A stretch of DNA of 64,000 nucleotides from Acidobacteriaceae bacterium (GTDB taxonomy: Bacteria; Acidobacteriota; Terriglobia; Terriglobales; Acidobacteriaceae): contig PMPH01000019.1 in the NCBI GenBank assembly GCA_003161045.1, positions 1,925 to 65,924 on the forward strand, in the 5' to 3' direction. Positions 28,423 through 39,489 of this stretch are shown here, in pieces. The position numbers and the translations under genes are program-made. Under the pieces are notes generated by a model that saw only the letters and a list, made by a program, of their open reading frames with translations, ran no database searches and had not been told where the DNA came from. Numbering within the stretch: position 1 is the first letter of the stretch; every line of letters begins with the position of its first letter.

Positions 28423-28779
28423 GTGACCTGGATCATTTTGCTGGTGGGAGTGCTGGTGGGCGTGCTTTCCGGCGTGGTGGGCATCGGCGGCGGCATCATG
28501 TTCGTTCCCGCGCTGATCTGGCTGCTGGGCATGAGCCAGCACAAGGCCCAGGGCACCTCTCTGGGCGCCTTGCTGGCCCCGGTGGGCCTGTTTGCCTTCT
28601 GGGAGTACTACCGCAAAGGCAACGCGGACGTGCGCGTGGCGCTGCTGCTGGCTGCGGATTTCCTGGTGGGCGGCTACTTCGGGGCCGCGGGCGCGCAATA
28701 CATCTCGGAGTTCTGGCTGAGGCGCATCTTCGCGCTGACGCTGATCGCCGTGGGCGGACAGATGCTTTTCAACCGCTGA
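28423..28779 (+). CDS. Half-length TSUP (TauE/SafE) family membrane protein
   Basis: GVLSGVVGIGGG, QHKAQGTSL; RBS GGGAGG before GTG. Confidence 0.85.
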   Translation: MTWIILLVGVLVGVLSGVVGIGGGIMFVPALIWLLGMSQHKAQGTSLGALLAPVGLFAFWEYYRKGNADVRVALLLAADFLVGGYFGAAGAQYISEFWLRRIFALTLIAVGGQMLFNR

Positions 28780-28793
28780 GAACCGGCCGGGCC

Positions 28794-29543
28794 TCAGGCC
28801 GTGGCGGCAAAGCGCAGGCGCACATAATCGGCGGTCCAGTTCCCTTCCTCGTCGCGCAGAACCGGCGCCAGCAATGCGACCGTCTCCTCGACCACCGGCT
28901 GCCGAAGCTCCTCGGGCAGAGCATCGAAGGCGCCGCGGCAAAAGGTTCTCAGCCAGCCCTCCATTCCACTTGCCGGCAGCGGCGTGGGACGCGGCGTCAG
29001 CGCGATGCGCTCCACTTTAAAGCCGTGGCGCTCCAGCCTCCGCGCATAGGAAGCGGGGGTGGGATAGTAGTTTTCGCCGCCCTTCCGGTCACCGTAGCCG
29101 TAACGCGCGAGCACGGCCGCCAGCGCCACGCGAATCGCGGCAATGTTGCCATGGCCGCCCATTTCGGCCACAAAACGCCCGCCGGGCCGGAGTACGCGCC
29201 GCACCTCGGCCAGCATCGCGTCCTGCTCCCGGACCCAGTGCAGCGCCGCGTTGGAGAAGACGGCATTGAAGGAGCAATCGGCAAATGGCAGCGCCTCTGC
29301 ACTGCCTTCGCGCGCATCGATTCCCCGCGAGCGCGCCGCCGCCAGCATCTCCGGCGAGGCGTCCACGCCCACCACGCTGGCGCCGGTCGAGACCAGCCGC
29401 CCGGTCAGTTGACCGTCTCCGCAGCCCAGGTCAAGAATCTGCTCCGAGGGCTTCGCATCCAGCCATTCGAGCACTCCGCCGGCCAATCCATGCACGAATG
29501 CGCCATTCTTTTCATAGTCCAGCGGATTCCACGTCTGCTCCAT
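28794..29543 (-). CDS. Class I SAM-dependent methyltransferase
   Basis: ILDLGCGDG, VFSNAALHW, LRPGGRF, ADYVRLRF. Confidence 0.9.
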   Translation of the reverse strand: MEQTWNPLDYEKNGAFVHGLAGGVLEWLDAKPSEQILDLGCGDGQLTGRLVSTGASVVGVDASPEMLAAARSRGIDAREGSAEALPFADCSFNAVFSNAALHWVREQDAMLAEVRRVLRPGGRFVAEMGGHGNIAAIRVALAAVLARYGYGDRKGGENYYPTPASYARRLERHGFKVERIALTPRPTPLPASGMEGWLRTFCRGAFDALPEELRQPVVEETVALLAPVLRDEEGNWTADYVRLRFAATA

Positions 29544-29662
29544 TCCCTGCCTCCACTCTCAGTGTGGCAAACGGGGAAAAATAACGCAAAGTTATTCTAT
29601 TTTTACTTTGAATAAGAAATTTTTATAGAGAAAATGGCTGCGAACCGAAACCTAAAAGCGCC

Positions 29663-30463
29663 TCAGATCGATTGCACCGGCACGAGGGTCAGATCGTCCA
29701 CCAGCCCCACTTCCCTCTGTACAAATGGCTCGCCGTAGCGCACCCCGGCCAAGAGGCCATAGTGGCGCGCCTCGGCGAAGGTGCGCTCGCGAATCTCCTC
29801 CTCGGGCACAAAGAGTCCGCCACCGGCGGGCTGGTTGGCATACTGCGAGCGGTAGGCCATTAGCGACTGGTAGCGCTGCTCGATGAAGGGGGTAATGTCC
29901 ACGATGAAGCTGGGGCGCACGTCGGCGTAGAGGCTGGCGTAGACGATTTTGAAGGGGCGATGGGGCACCTGCGGTGCGGCCAATGGCGCCTGCGGCGCGT
30001 TCAGAGCAGGAGCCAACGGATGCGATATTGCAGGCGCCATGGTCAGGCCGGAGAGAAAGCAGGCCTCGTAGCCCAGCGCGGCGACCGTGGCGTGGTCCGG
30101 GTGGCGCGCCTGCCAGTAGGGCAAAATGACCACGCGGGGACGAAGGAGCCGCAGTACACGCACAATCTTGAGGCGATTTTCGAGAGAATTTTCGACCGCT
30201 CCGTCGGGCAGATCGAGCGCCTGCCGCCAGCCAACGCCCAAGAGGCGAGCGGCTTCGGCGGCTTCGCGGGCGCGTTCTTCCGAGTTGCCGCGGGTTCCGG
30301 CCTCGCCTTGGGTCAGATCGAGAATGGCGGTGCGCAGGCCGCGTGAGGCCATGCGCAGAAGGGTTCCGCCACAGGTCTGCTCGACGTCGTCCCTGTGGGC
30401 GGCGATGGCCAGCACGTCGGCGGACGAAGAATCAGGGACGGAATCGACGGTCGGGAAAGGCAT
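29663..30463 (-). CDS. bshB1: PIG-L family deacetylase, bacillithiol biosynthesis BshB1-like
   Basis: AHRDDVE..CGGT, DLTQGEAGTRG, RHPDH, AYRSQ, GVRYGEPF. Confidence 0.8.
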   Translation of the reverse strand: MPFPTVDSVPDSSSADVLAIAAHRDDVEQTCGGTLLRMASRGLRTAILDLTQGEAGTRGNSEERAREAAEAARLLGVGWRQALDLPDGAVENSLENRLKIVRVLRLLRPRVVILPYWQARHPDHATVAALGYEACFLSGLTMAPAISHPLAPALNAPQAPLAAPQVPHRPFKIVYASLYADVRPSFIVDITPFIEQRYQSLMAYRSQYANQPAGGGLFVPEEEIRERTFAEARHYGLLAGVRYGEPFVQREVGLVDDLTLVPVQSI

Positions 30464-30495
30464 TATAGATGGCTCCCGATAAACGAACGGCGGCC

Positions 30496-30587
30496 GAGGT
30501 TCGTGCTATCCCACCCTAGCCGCAAAAGTTGCAAGAAGCAGGTCCTTCGACTCCGCTCAGGATGACAGCGGCGAGGGTGGGGCACCC
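30496..30587. repeat. Nested repeat: family A element carrying a family C element in its loop
   Basis: CCCACCCTAGCCGC [..GCAGGTCCTTCGACTCCGCTCAGGATGACA] GCGGCGAGGGTGGGGCACCC. Confidence 0.75.
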
Positions 30588-30652
30588 AGCATTTGTGAGG
30601 CATCCGGCTCGGGGTTGATTTCCGTCGAAACCACTCCCTCGCGACGCGCCGA

Positions 30653-32134
30653 TCAGTAGTCGGTATTGTCGCTGTCGGAGGTCGCGTCCACGTAGGCCAC
30701 GTCATAGGCCGTGCCGGTTACCGTCACATTGTCGTTGTTGATCGCCGAGCCGTCCACGGTCGAGTAGATGTACACCTGGCCGCCCTCCGCCGTGTAGATC
30801 TTGTTCAGGCCGGTGACCGCGGCAATACCGGTGGCGTCGCCCGGAGTGGACTCGATCAGGGTCACGGTGTTGGTGGAGGTGTTGAACATCGTGAGGCAGC
30901 CATCGTTGTAATCGTAGGCTGCAAGGTTGTGGGCTCGTTCGCCGCTGGTGCATCCGGTCATGCCGATCCAGAGCGTGTTGTTGTCGGCCAAAATCATGCG
31001 GCTCGTTCCGCCCGGGGTGCCGTCGCTGATGGAGACCGCCGGGACCGAAATCTGGTTTGTGGAGAGGTTGACCACCGTCAGATAGCCTCCCCAGTGGCTG
31101 TCGGACATCCATTTCTGGCCCACAACGTACAGCGTGGAGCTGTCGACCAGGGCATTGCTGGCGCCGCCGGGAATGGGGATGGTGCAGCCGGTCGCGCCGC
31201 TGGTGCAGACTGCGCTGGAGGAGTTCACCGTAGGCAGCGAGCCCGAGGCCTCGCCGGCGAGGAAGATCATCGGCGCCACGGGCAGCGGCGTGATGGAAGC
31301 CATTGTTCCGCTGCACTCCGGTCCGCAGTTGAGCACATAAGCCGTTCCGCCGTCGGCGGAGAAGACCGCCTTGACCGGCCGGTCGAAGACCAGTGCGGTT
31401 TTACTGGAATCCCGCGCCTGGAAGAGGCACCAGCCGGGCGCGTTCAGCGGTTCGCAATCCACCGCGCCGGTTGGCCAGGTGGTTGATCCGCCTTTATAGG
31501 CGAGGGTCTGGGCGGCCGTCAGCTTGAGCGGATAGTAGGCGTAATTCGAGTTCTCGGCGAAGGCCAGGGCCACCGAACCTCCCGTATTCACGCTCAGATG
31601 GTTCAGCTTGTCGGGAGCGCTCAGCGTGTAGGTCACGGCACTGCTCGACGACTGGTCGACCACCGTCAGCGCACCGGTCCCCTGGCTGGTGGCAAAGATA
31701 TAGGACTGGTTGCGCGTGATGAAGATGCTGGAAGAAAGGCCACTGAGGCCGCTCACGGTGCTGGAGGACTTCTCCGTGGCGTAGTTGATGAGCGACAGGC
31801 TGCCGCTGCCGGAGCTGTAAACCGCGCCCAGCTCTTCCTCGGGCATATTCTGAATGGTCGTGGGCAGCGAACCGGAGAACCCGGCGATGGAAAACGCCGG
31901 ACTCGTACAACTGGTGCTGTTGTACTTGCAGCGAATGTCGTAGTAGGCGTCCACGAACTGCAGCGCGCCGCTGGAGGCGGCGCTGGGATTCTGAATGGTG
32001 ATCAGGACACGATTGGCCAGCCCGCTGGGCGGCAGCGTCCGGCCCGCAAAATAGGTAGTGGAGCCACAGCCGGCCAGCCCGGCCGCAAAGAGCAGGGCCG
32101 CGGCGGCGCTCATCCAAATGCTTCTGTTGTTCAA
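30653..32134 (-). CDS. Ser/Thr-rich lipoprotein, probable beta-propeller (YncE-like)
   Basis: Lipobox LAGC, repeated beta-strand patterns, paired cysteines. Confidence 0.7.
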   Translation of the reverse strand: MNNRSIWMSAAAALLFAAGLAGCGSTTYFAGRTLPPSGLANRVLITIQNPSAASSGALQFVDAYYDIRCKYNSTSCTSPAFSIAGFSGSLPTTIQNMPEEELGAVYSSGSGSLSLINYATEKSSSTVSGLSGLSSSIFITRNQSYIFATSQGTGALTVVDQSSSSAVTYTLSAPDKLNHLSVNTGGSVALAFAENSNYAYYPLKLTAAQTLAYKGGSTTWPTGAVDCEPLNAPGWCLFQARDSSKTALVFDRPVKAVFSADGGTAYVLNCGPECSGTMASITPLPVAPMIFLAGEASGSLPTVNSSSAVCTSGATGCTIPIPGGASNALVDSSTLYVVGQKWMSDSHWGGYLTVVNLSTNQISVPAVSISDGTPGGTSRMILADNNTLWIGMTGCTSGERAHNLAAYDYNDGCLTMFNTSTNTVTLIESTPGDATGIAAVTGLNKIYTAEGGQVYIYSTVDGSAINNDNVTVTGTAYDVAYVDATSDSDNTDY

Positions 32135-32251
32135 AATCCCTTACCTCGACAAAAAGCGCGGATTATACTGCGCATGATGCCCGCGGCCAGGGCCGCGGCG
32201 TGGACAACGTGAACAAATCGACGGCGATTGCCGTCCTGGCAGACAAACGGC

Positions 32252-32291
32252 AACGAGCGGGCAAACCGTAAAACGAGCGGGCAAACGGTAA
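32252..32291. repeat. 20-bp tandem repeat in a divergent promoter region
   Basis: AACGAGCGGGCAAAC(C/G)GTAA x2, with a partial copy upstream. Confidence 0.8.
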
Positions 32292-32412
32292 ATAGACCGC
32301 TTCAAAACTCATCCCAAAACCGGCGCAGCCCAAGTTTATGACTCCCGAAGTATAACAAAGCAGCCCCCGCCTGCTGACGCATCAGGCCCGCGTGGCTTAG
32401 CATGAGAATAGA

Positions 32413-34281
32413 ATGCCATCTTTTGCCGACATCTTCGCCAGCCGCCCCGTGCTCGCCGACGGCGCCATGGGCACGGTCCTCTACGCCCGCGGCGTCACCA
32501 TCAATCGCTGCTACGACGAGCTGAATCTCACCGACCCCAGCCTGATCCTCGCGGTTCACGAGGAGTACCTGCAGGCCGGCGCGGAGATTCTTGAGACCAA
32601 TACCTTTGGCGCCAACCGCTTCCGGCTGGGCCGCCACGGCCTGGCCGGGAAGGTGGCCGAGATCAACGCCGCCGGGGTGCGGATCGCCCGCCAGGCCGTC
32701 GAGCACCTGAAGGACAAGCAGGCCGGAGAGGCCTGGGTGGCCGGCGCGCTGGGTCCGCTGGGAGTGCGCCTGGAGCCGCTGGGCAAGACCGGCCTCGACG
32801 AGGCTCGCGAGGCCTTCGCCGAGCAGATTCGCGCCCTGGCCGAAGCGGGCGTGGATTTCCTGGTCATCGAAACCATGCCCGCGCTGAATGAGGCCCACGA
32901 GGCGCTGAAAGCCGCCCAGGAGACCGCGCCCGAACTGCCCGTGCTGGTGATGGTCACCGTGGACGACGAGACCAACTGCCTGGACGGCGCCTCGCCAGCC
33001 CAGGCGGCGGCGCTATTGACCGAGTGGGGCGCCGGGGCCATCGGCGTGAACTGCTCGACCGGCCCGGCCACGGTGCTGACCGCCATCGAGGCCATGCGCC
33101 CGGCCACCACGCTGCCCCTGGCCGCCCTGCCCAACGCCGGAATGCCGCGCGCCATCGAGGGGCGCAACATCTACCTCTGCTCGCCGGAGTACATGGCCAG
33201 CTTTGCCCGCAAGGCCATCTCGGCCGGGGTGCAGTTTGTGGGCGGCTGCTGCGGCACCACCCCCAACCACATTCGCGCCATGCGCTCGGCGATGCGGGCC
33301 ATCGACGCGCAGGCCCGCGTCGAGGTCACCGGCAAGGCTCCGGAACTGACGACCGAGACGCCGCCAGCTCCTCTGGGCGTGCGCTCCCGCATCGGAGCGC
33401 TCATCGAAAGCGGCAGTTTCGTCACCCTGGTCGAGATTGTGCCGCCCAGGGGCATCAACTGCGTAAAGGAGATCGAGGGGGCGCGGCTGCTCTCCGGGCT
33501 CGGCGTCCACGCCATCAACGTCCCCGATTCGCCGCGCGCCTCGGCCCGTATGAGCGCGCAGAGCCTCTGCATCCAGATTCAGCAGCACGCCGACGTGGAG
33601 ACCGTCCTCCACTACACCTGCCGCGACCGCAATCTGCTTTCGATTCAATCGGATCTGCTGGGAGCCTCGTCCATCGGCCTGCACAACATTCTCTGCCTGA
33701 CCGGCGACCCGCCCAAGCTGGGCAACTACCCGGACGCCACGGCGGTCTTCGACGTGGATTCGATCGGCCTGGTCAACATTGTGCGACGGCTGAACTACGG
33801 GCTGGACATCGGCTCGAACTCGATCGGCGCCAGCACCAACTTCACCATCGGCGTGGCCGCCAACCCCGGCGTGCCCGACATCGAGCAGGAACTGCGCCGC
33901 TTCGCCTACAAGGTCGAGGCCGGGGCTGAGTATGCCATCACCCAGCCGGTCTTCGACCTTCGCCTCTTGGAAAACTTCCTCAAGCGCATCGAGGAGCATC
34001 GCATTCCGGTCATCGCCGGCATCTGGCCGCTGACCAGCCTGCGCAACGCCGAATTCATGAAGAACGACCTGCGCGTCTCCATGCCCGAGGAGATCATGCT
34101 GCGCATGGCCCAGGCCGACTCGCCCGACGCCGCCCGCCAGGAGGGCATTCTGATCGCCCAGGAGATGCTCGAGGCGGTGCGTCCCTTCGTTCAGGGAGTG
34201 CAGGTCAGCGCTCCCTTTGGCCGCTACACGGCTGCCGCCGAGGTGATCGCCTCGGTGCTGCCCCAAACTCTTCCGGAGTAA
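32413..34281 (+). CDS. yitJ: Bifunctional homocysteine S-methyltransferase / methylenetetrahydrofolate reductase
   Basis: [29 protein letters not shown]; C-terminal [24 protein letters not shown]. Confidence 0.93.
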   Translation: MPSFADIFASRPVLADGAMGTVLYARGVTINRCYDELNLTDPSLILAVHEEYLQAGAEILETNTFGANRFRLGRHGLAGKVAEINAAGVRIARQAVEHLKDKQAGEAWVAGALGPLGVRLEPLGKTGLDEAREAFAEQIRALAEAGVDFLVIETMPALNEAHEALKAAQETAPELPVLVMVTVDDETNCLDGASPAQAAALLTEWGAGAIGVNCSTGPATVLTAIEAMRPATTLPLAALPNAGMPRAIEGRNIYLCSPEYMASFARKAISAGVQFVGGCCGTTPNHIRAMRSAMRAIDAQARVEVTGKAPELTTETPPAPLGVRSRIGALIESGSFVTLVEIVPPRGINCVKEIEGARLLSGLGVHAINVPDSPRASARMSAQSLCIQIQQHADVETVLHYTCRDRNLLSIQSDLLGASSIGLHNILCLTGDPPKLGNYPDATAVFDVDSIGLVNIVRRLNYGLDIGSNSIGASTNFTIGVAANPGVPDIEQELRRFAYKVEAGAEYAITQPVFDLRLLENFLKRIEEHRIPVIAGIWPLTSLRNAEFMKNDLRVSMPEEIMLRMAQADSPDAARQEGILIAQEMLEAVRPFVQGVQVSAPFGRYTAAAEVIASVLPQTLPE

Positions 34282-34286
34282 CCGCC

Positions 34287-34514
34287 ATGCCCTCGTTTGA
34301 AGACTCGCTCAAGAAGCTGGAAACCATCGTCGATCAACTGGAAAAGGGCGACCTAGCCCTGGAGGAGTCGCTCAAGCTCTTCGAGGAGGGGGTAAGCCTC
34401 TCGGCCGCCTGCAAGTCCGAGTTGGACGCCGCCGAGGGCAAGGTGCAGATGCTGGTCAAGCAGCGCGACGGCTCGCTCAAACCGGAACCGTTTCTGACCG
34501 AAAAGCCCGTCTGA
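34287..34514 (+). CDS. xseB: Exodeoxyribonuclease VII small subunit
   Basis: [30 protein letters not shown]. Confidence 0.95.
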   Translation: MPSFEDSLKKLETIVDQLEKGDLALEESLKLFEEGVSLSAACKSELDAAEGKVQMLVKQRDGSLKPEPFLTEKPV

Positions 34515-34851
34515 TGACCGAGAAAACCTTCTGATCTGACCTACTATGCTGTTTTGATCTGGCCAGGAAGCCTTTCTGGGGCGGCAAAAACAGTCCGCAC
34601 CGCTGGAATCCGCCTGGAGCCAGCCAGTTTGCCGGCCCGCTGCCCTGCCGGCTTGCAAAATAGCTGCGTTGCTAACTTGCTGCTTTTGAGCGAAGCAAGG
34701 GGGCTTCCTCTGTGACGAAGACGGCCGTTCCCGCTCTTTAATGCTTTCCAATCTTCCAAGCTCTTCGCTGGTCCGCCAAGTGCCCCGTTTCTGGACAGAT
34801 TTCATCCCAGGCCGCGGCAAACTTGCGCTGCCCCATTGCAAGGAGCGCCAC

Positions 34852-36231
34852 TTGCCCCAAATTCTACCCATCCGCCTCACCTATGCCGAGAGATTTCGCT
34901 GCATCGGCTCCGCCTGCGAGGACACCTGCTGCCAGGGCTGGAGTGTGCCCGTCGACCAGGCGGCCTATGAAAAGTTCCTTCAGCTTCCAGCCAGTCCGCT
35001 GCGCTCGTTGATCGAAGCCAGCATTCTGACCGCGCCACAGGGTGCGGTGGACGGGAAGGCCTTCAAGCCCGCCAGCTTCGCCCAAATCCGCATGAACGGC
35101 CAGAACCGCTGCCCGCTGCTCACCGAAGAGAGCCTTTGCCGCGTTCAGGCGGAGCTGGGCGAGGGGTTTCTGACGCGCACCTGCGCCACCTACCCGCGCA
35201 TTGCAAATTCCATTGGCGGCATCGAGGAGACGGCGCTGACGCTCTCCTGCCCGGAGGCCGCGCGGCTGGTTCTTCTTGATCCAAAGCTGCTGGCGCCAGT
35301 CCGGCTCGCTCAGAAGGGATTGGCGGCCGCCGGTCAGGCCCGTTACGCGCCCGCGGAAGCCGCCGCGGGGGATGGGTTGCCCTCGCTGCTGCCCTGGTTC
35401 CGGCCCATTCGCCAAGTGGTGCTGGCGCTGGCTGGCAATCGCGCCTACCCGCTCTGGCAGAGGCTGTTTCTTTTGGGCGTCTTCTGCCGCCGCCTGGACG
35501 CGATTGCCAGCGGTGAGCTGCAACGGAGCATTCCGGACTTTCTTGGCGATTTTGAAGCGACGGTTGCCTCCCGAGCGCTGCTAACCGCCATGGAGACCCT
35601 CCCGCAGGAATGCGCCGCCCAGTTGGATGTGGTGCTGCGTCTGGCGGGAATGCTGCTGCACCGCTCCAATGTAAGGCCGCGCTTTGTGGAGTGCGTTCAA
35701 GCCTTCACCGCCGGCATCGGCAACAGCCCCAGCGCAACCCTGGAGAGCCTCGCGGCCCACTACGCCCAGGCGCACGACCGCTATTTCGAGCCCTTCCTGC
35801 GCCGCCATCCGCACGTCCTGGAAAACTACCTGGCGAACACCATCCTCCGCTGCCGGTTTCCCTTTGGGCGGGAAGGCGCGCAAGCGGGAGCGCCGCTCTC
35901 GATGACCCGGGAATGCGCCCTGCTGACGGCTCAGTTTGCGCTGGTGAGGGGATTGCTGATCGGCGTGGCGGGCTTTCATGGCGAAGCCTTTTCCGCCGCT
36001 CACGTTGTCCATACGGTGCAGGCCGCCAGCAAGCACTTCGAGCATCACCCGGAGTTTTCCCGCCTGGCCTATGAACTGCTGGTGGAAAGCCGCATGGACG
36101 GCGCGCGAGGGCTGGCCATCCTGCTCAGAAATGCAGAGCCAGACGCGGCTTCCAGAGCAGCTAGGCCAGCATTGCCGGAGATGCACGCTCCGGGGCCACG
36201 GGAGGGAAGAGAGGTTACGACGAGCTTCTAG
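34852..36231 (+). CDS. fliB: Flagellin lysine-N-methylase (FliB family)
   Basis: FRCIGSACEDTCCQGW, CPLL..LC, TCATYPR, LSCPEAARL; RBS AGGAG before TTG 34852. Confidence 0.85.
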   Translation: MPQILPIRLTYAERFRCIGSACEDTCCQGWSVPVDQAAYEKFLQLPASPLRSLIEASILTAPQGAVDGKAFKPASFAQIRMNGQNRCPLLTEESLCRVQAELGEGFLTRTCATYPRIANSIGGIEETALTLSCPEAARLVLLDPKLLAPVRLAQKGLAAAGQARYAPAEAAAGDGLPSLLPWFRPIRQVVLALAGNRAYPLWQRLFLLGVFCRRLDAIASGELQRSIPDFLGDFEATVASRALLTAMETLPQECAAQLDVVLRLAGMLLHRSNVRPRFVECVQAFTAGIGNSPSATLESLAAHYAQAHDRYFEPFLRRHPHVLENYLANTILRCRFPFGREGAQAGAPLSMTRECALLTAQFALVRGLLIGVAGFHGEAFSAAHVVHTVQAASKHFEHHPEFSRLAYELLVESRMDGARGLAILLRNAEPDAASRAARPALPEMHAPGPREGREVTTSF

Positions 36232-36262
36232 CTTTTAGCTGCTAGCAGCCACGAGCCAGAAA

Positions 36263-37312
36263 CTATTCCCGGTTCTCTGTCCTTTTGCTTCCCTTCCCTT
36301 TGGCCAGCCGCGCCACCACGGCCAGCTCGCGCAGAACCTGCGTGATCGGACGGGCTGGCGTGCCCCAGAAGACCGTTCCCGGCTTCAAGCCTTCGTTAGT
36401 GACCGTCTTGCCGCTCAGCACGCCGGCCTGCCCGCCCAGAATCACGCCGGGGCCGACGTGCGCGTGGTCGCCTATACCTACCTGCCCGGCGATCACCGCG
36501 CCGCTGCCCACCGTGCAGGAGCCGCTGATGCCCACCCCAGCCACCAAAATCACGTCCTCGCCGATCTGGCAGTTGTGGCCCACGTGGACCAGATTGTCGA
36601 TCTTGGTTCCCCGGCCGATCTTCGTCTGCTCGAGCGCTCCGCGGTCGATCGTCGAGTTGGCGCCGATCTCGACCTCGTCCCCGATCACGAGCCTTCCCTG
36701 CTGGGGAAACTGCGTATAGGCGCCGGTCGCCGAGTCGCGGACGTAGCCGAAGCCGTCGGCCCCGAGCACCGCGCCCGCGTGGACGACGACCCGGTTGCCG
36801 AGCGTGGTTCCGGGATAGAGGACGGCGCGGGGGTAAATGCGGCAGCCCTCGCCAATCTGTACGCCCTGGCCGATGACCGCGCCCGCCTCGATGCGGCTTC
36901 CGGCGCCGATCACGGCGTTTCCGCCGACCACCGCGCCGGGACCGATGGTGACATTTTCGCCGAGCCGCACATGCGCACCGACGACCGCCGTGGGATGAAC
37001 TCCGGCGGCGGACAGCGCGGGAGCGAGCAGTTTGGCCGCTTGTGCGAACCAGAGCCGCGGCTGAGCAGCCGCGACGACGCACTTGATTGACGGGCTGGAG
37101 CCGGCTTGCGGGCTAACCTCGACGCCAGCGGCGGGCAGCACCACCATGCCAGCCTGGCTGGCCAGGGCCTTGGCGGAGGAGGCCGCATCCTCGGCAAAGA
37201 CCAGATCCGTGGCACGGGCCAGATCAACCGAGTTTACGCCTTCGACTGCTTGTCCCGGCTCTCCCGCGACCAGTTTGCCGCCCAGGGCTTCAATCAGTTC
37301 GCCCAGCTTCAT
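36263..37312 (-). CDS. lpxD: UDP-3-O-acyl-glucosamine N-acyltransferase
   Basis: Hexapeptide repeats, [29 protein letters not shown]. Confidence 0.95.
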   Translation of the reverse strand: MKLGELIEALGGKLVAGEPGQAVEGVNSVDLARATDLVFAEDAASSAKALASQAGMVVLPAAGVEVSPQAGSSPSIKCVVAAAQPRLWFAQAAKLLAPALSAAGVHPTAVVGAHVRLGENVTIGPGAVVGGNAVIGAGSRIEAGAVIGQGVQIGEGCRIYPRAVLYPGTTLGNRVVVHAGAVLGADGFGYVRDSATGAYTQFPQQGRLVIGDEVEIGANSTIDRGALEQTKIGRGTKIDNLVHVGHNCQIGEDVILVAGVGISGSCTVGSGAVIAGQVGIGDHAHVGPGVILGGQAGVLSGKTVTNEGLKPGTVFWGTPARPITQVLRELAVVARLAKGKGSKRTENRE

Positions 37313-37343
37313 GCGAATCTCCACTTGTGCACGGTAAAAATCC

Positions 37344-38243
37344 TCAGTAGATCCCGGGCTCGCCCGCCGGGCGGGTCTTCCAGCGGCGGTGAATCCAGAG
37401 CCACTGGTCAGGATAGCGTCGAATCCAGGTCTCAGTCACGCTGGCGCATTGCTGCGTGGCGGCGATGATGTCGGTCTCTTCGTCGCCGGTCTGCTCGAAG
37501 ACGAGCGGCGGGCCAAAGTGCAGCACGTAGCGGCGTTCGGCCGCCTCCCACATCATGAACCCCGGCAGCACGGCCGCGCCGGTCTTCAGGGCCACGCGGG
37601 CCAGCCCCGAGGCGGTGCAGGCCGGTTTTCCGAAGAACTCCACGAAGACGCCCTGCGGCGGGGTCATATTCGTGTCCATCAGAATGCCCACGGTTTGGCC
37701 TGTGCGCATGGCGGTCAGCAGGCCGCGGGCAAAATCGCCCTTGTCCAGGACGCGGTTGCCGTGGAGGCAGCGAATGCCGTTGACGAACTCGTCCAGGCGG
37801 CGATTGTCGAGCCGGCGAATGACCATCCCCATGGGATAGCCCATCAGCGAGTGGTAGAAGCTGGAAAGCTCCCATGCGCCCAGGTGGCCGGTGAGGACCA
37901 GAACGCCTTTGCCGCGGGCCTGCGCCGCCAGATAGTTGTCCAGTCCCTCGGTGCGCATCCAGCCGTGAGTGTTCTCCGGCGTGTAGCGGGTCATGCGGCA
38001 GAACTCGACCAGTTGCCAGCCGAGATGGATGTAGACGCCGCGGAGGATGCGGTTCCGTTCGTCAAAGGGAAGCTCGGGCAGGGCCAGCTCAAGGTTGCGC
38101 ACGCCGACGCGGCGCAGACGGCCAAAGGACCAGTAGACGGCGAAGGCGAGCCCACCGGCCAGCAGGCGCGCCAGCCCGCGCGGCAGCCGCCCCAGGGTGC
38201 GCGCCACGGCCAGCACGAGCCAAAACTCGAGATTTTCTCGCAT
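37344..38243 (-). CDS. lpxL: Lipid A late acyltransferase (LpxL/HtrB family)
   Basis: [28 protein letters not shown]. Confidence 0.88.
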   Translation of the reverse strand: MRENLEFWLVLAVARTLGRLPRGLARLLAGGLAFAVYWSFGRLRRVGVRNLELALPELPFDERNRILRGVYIHLGWQLVEFCRMTRYTPENTHGWMRTEGLDNYLAAQARGKGVLVLTGHLGAWELSSFYHSLMGYPMGMVIRRLDNRRLDEFVNGIRCLHGNRVLDKGDFARGLLTAMRTGQTVGILMDTNMTPPQGVFVEFFGKPACTASGLARVALKTGAAVLPGFMMWEAAERRYVLHFGPPLVFEQTGDEETDIIAATQQCASVTETWIRRYPDQWLWIHRRWKTRPAGEPGIY

Positions 38244-38300
38244 CTTCAAAGGCAAACTTTAAGTTTAGCCTCCCGGAGCGGATTTCACGACGCAAAACCA

Positions 38301-38331
38301 GCAAGGGGCGGTCCATTGGACCGCCCCTTGC
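38301..38331 (-). terminator. Hairpin terminator after the SYLF gene
   Basis: GCAAGGGGCGGTCCA-T-TGGACCGCCCCTTGC, 15-bp perfect inverted repeat. Confidence 0.7.
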
Positions 38332-38353
38332 CTTTCTGCGCTTTGCATGAATG

Positions 38354-39046
38354 CTACTGGCGGTGTTTGGCCTCGATGAAGTAGTGGGCTACCTCGCGAA
38401 CAAACGGAATTGCTCCGGCCGGAACCGGCACGTCGCCCTTGAGAATGGACTCGAAGCTGTTTGGCGCGCCGTAGTAGATCTCGGTGTCTTCCATGTTCTG
38501 GCTGACGCTGGTGCCGTCCAGGTCAATGCCGGCAAACAGCCCCCGGTTGCGCGAGTAGCTGAGCAGCTCGGCGCCCATCTTCCAGTCGGTGGAGGCCTGG
38601 CTGGAGCGGCCCACCGGGCCGGCCGCCGCCGAGGCGTCTCCGCCGATCTTGAATTTGCTCTTCAGCAGATCCTGGAAGCCGCGGTCATTGACGGCCACCA
38701 GCACCAGGTCGGTGGACTGGCCGCCTATTTGAAAGCCGAAGGAGCCTCCGGCCATGCGAATGAAGACCGGTGCGCTCCAGCCGTGGCCGGTGCGGCAGGT
38801 GACCACGCCCTGGCCGTACTGTCCGCCCCAGATGAAGGCTCCCTTCTTCAAGCCGGGCACCACCCCCACGCAGGTGGCCTGTTCCAGAATGTTCATCGGA
38901 ATACTGTTGTCTGGAGCCATCATGATCTCGCGCACCACCGCCTGGGCGGCGTCGATGCGGGCCTGCAAGTTCTCCCGCGAGGAGGCGGCGAAGCCAGCCG
39001 ATGGAAGCATGAAACAGAGACAGATCAACGCAAGCGTCTTTTTCAT
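38354..39046 (-). CDS. SYLF/Ysc84 lipid-binding domain protein, exported
   Basis: KKGAFIWGGQYGQG, WSAP, GGSFGFQIGG, AAAGPVGR, SYSR.RGLFAG. Confidence 0.9.
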   Translation of the reverse strand: MKKTLALICLCFMLPSAGFAASSRENLQARIDAAQAVVREIMMAPDNSIPMNILEQATCVGVVPGLKKGAFIWGGQYGQGVVTCRTGHGWSAPVFIRMAGGSFGFQIGGQSTDLVLVAVNDRGFQDLLKSKFKIGGDASAAAGPVGRSSQASTDWKMGAELLSYSRNRGLFAGIDLDGTSVSQNMEDTEIYYGAPNSFESILKGDVPVPAGAIPFVREVAHYFIEAKHRQ

Positions 39047-39355
39047 ATCCAGATCCTTTCCACTCCGCGGTTCACGAACGGCGCGGGTTGTTGCATCGTC
39101 GAAGATGGTTTCCAGAGGAACAGCGCGCGCTTTCAGACAGGCTACCGCATTCCAGCTCCGGGACACAGCATAAATTCCTGGCAGCCAGAATGGCGCCACT
39201 CAGACAAAATGTCGAGGCGGTGCTCCCGTTGAAAGCGGGGAGTGCAATGGAGCAAGATCAAGACTGAAGTAACCAGTCTTGATTCTGCTATGCCAAGTTG
39301 GACGCGGGGGAGGGCCAAAGGTTTGAAACGCCGCAGAGCGATTTCGCGCTAAATC

Positions 39356-39409
39356 AAGAAAAAAGAGGAGTTCCCAGGCTTCATGAAAACATGCGGCCTG
39401 GGAACTCCT
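39356..39409 (-). terminator. Rho-independent terminator
   Basis: AGGAGTTCCCAGGC...GCCTGGGAACTCCT 14-bp stem with a T run on the minus strand. Confidence 0.7.
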
Positions 39410-39489
39410 TTCCCCAGATCTGCGTTGTTTCTGTAAACCATTCTGTGGAAAAACACAGATTTCTACAAGATTACGTAAGGAGTATGGAT

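Noticed and set aside
32244-32292. CRISPR array
   Set aside because: The repeats are directly adjacent with no spacers, and there are no cas genes
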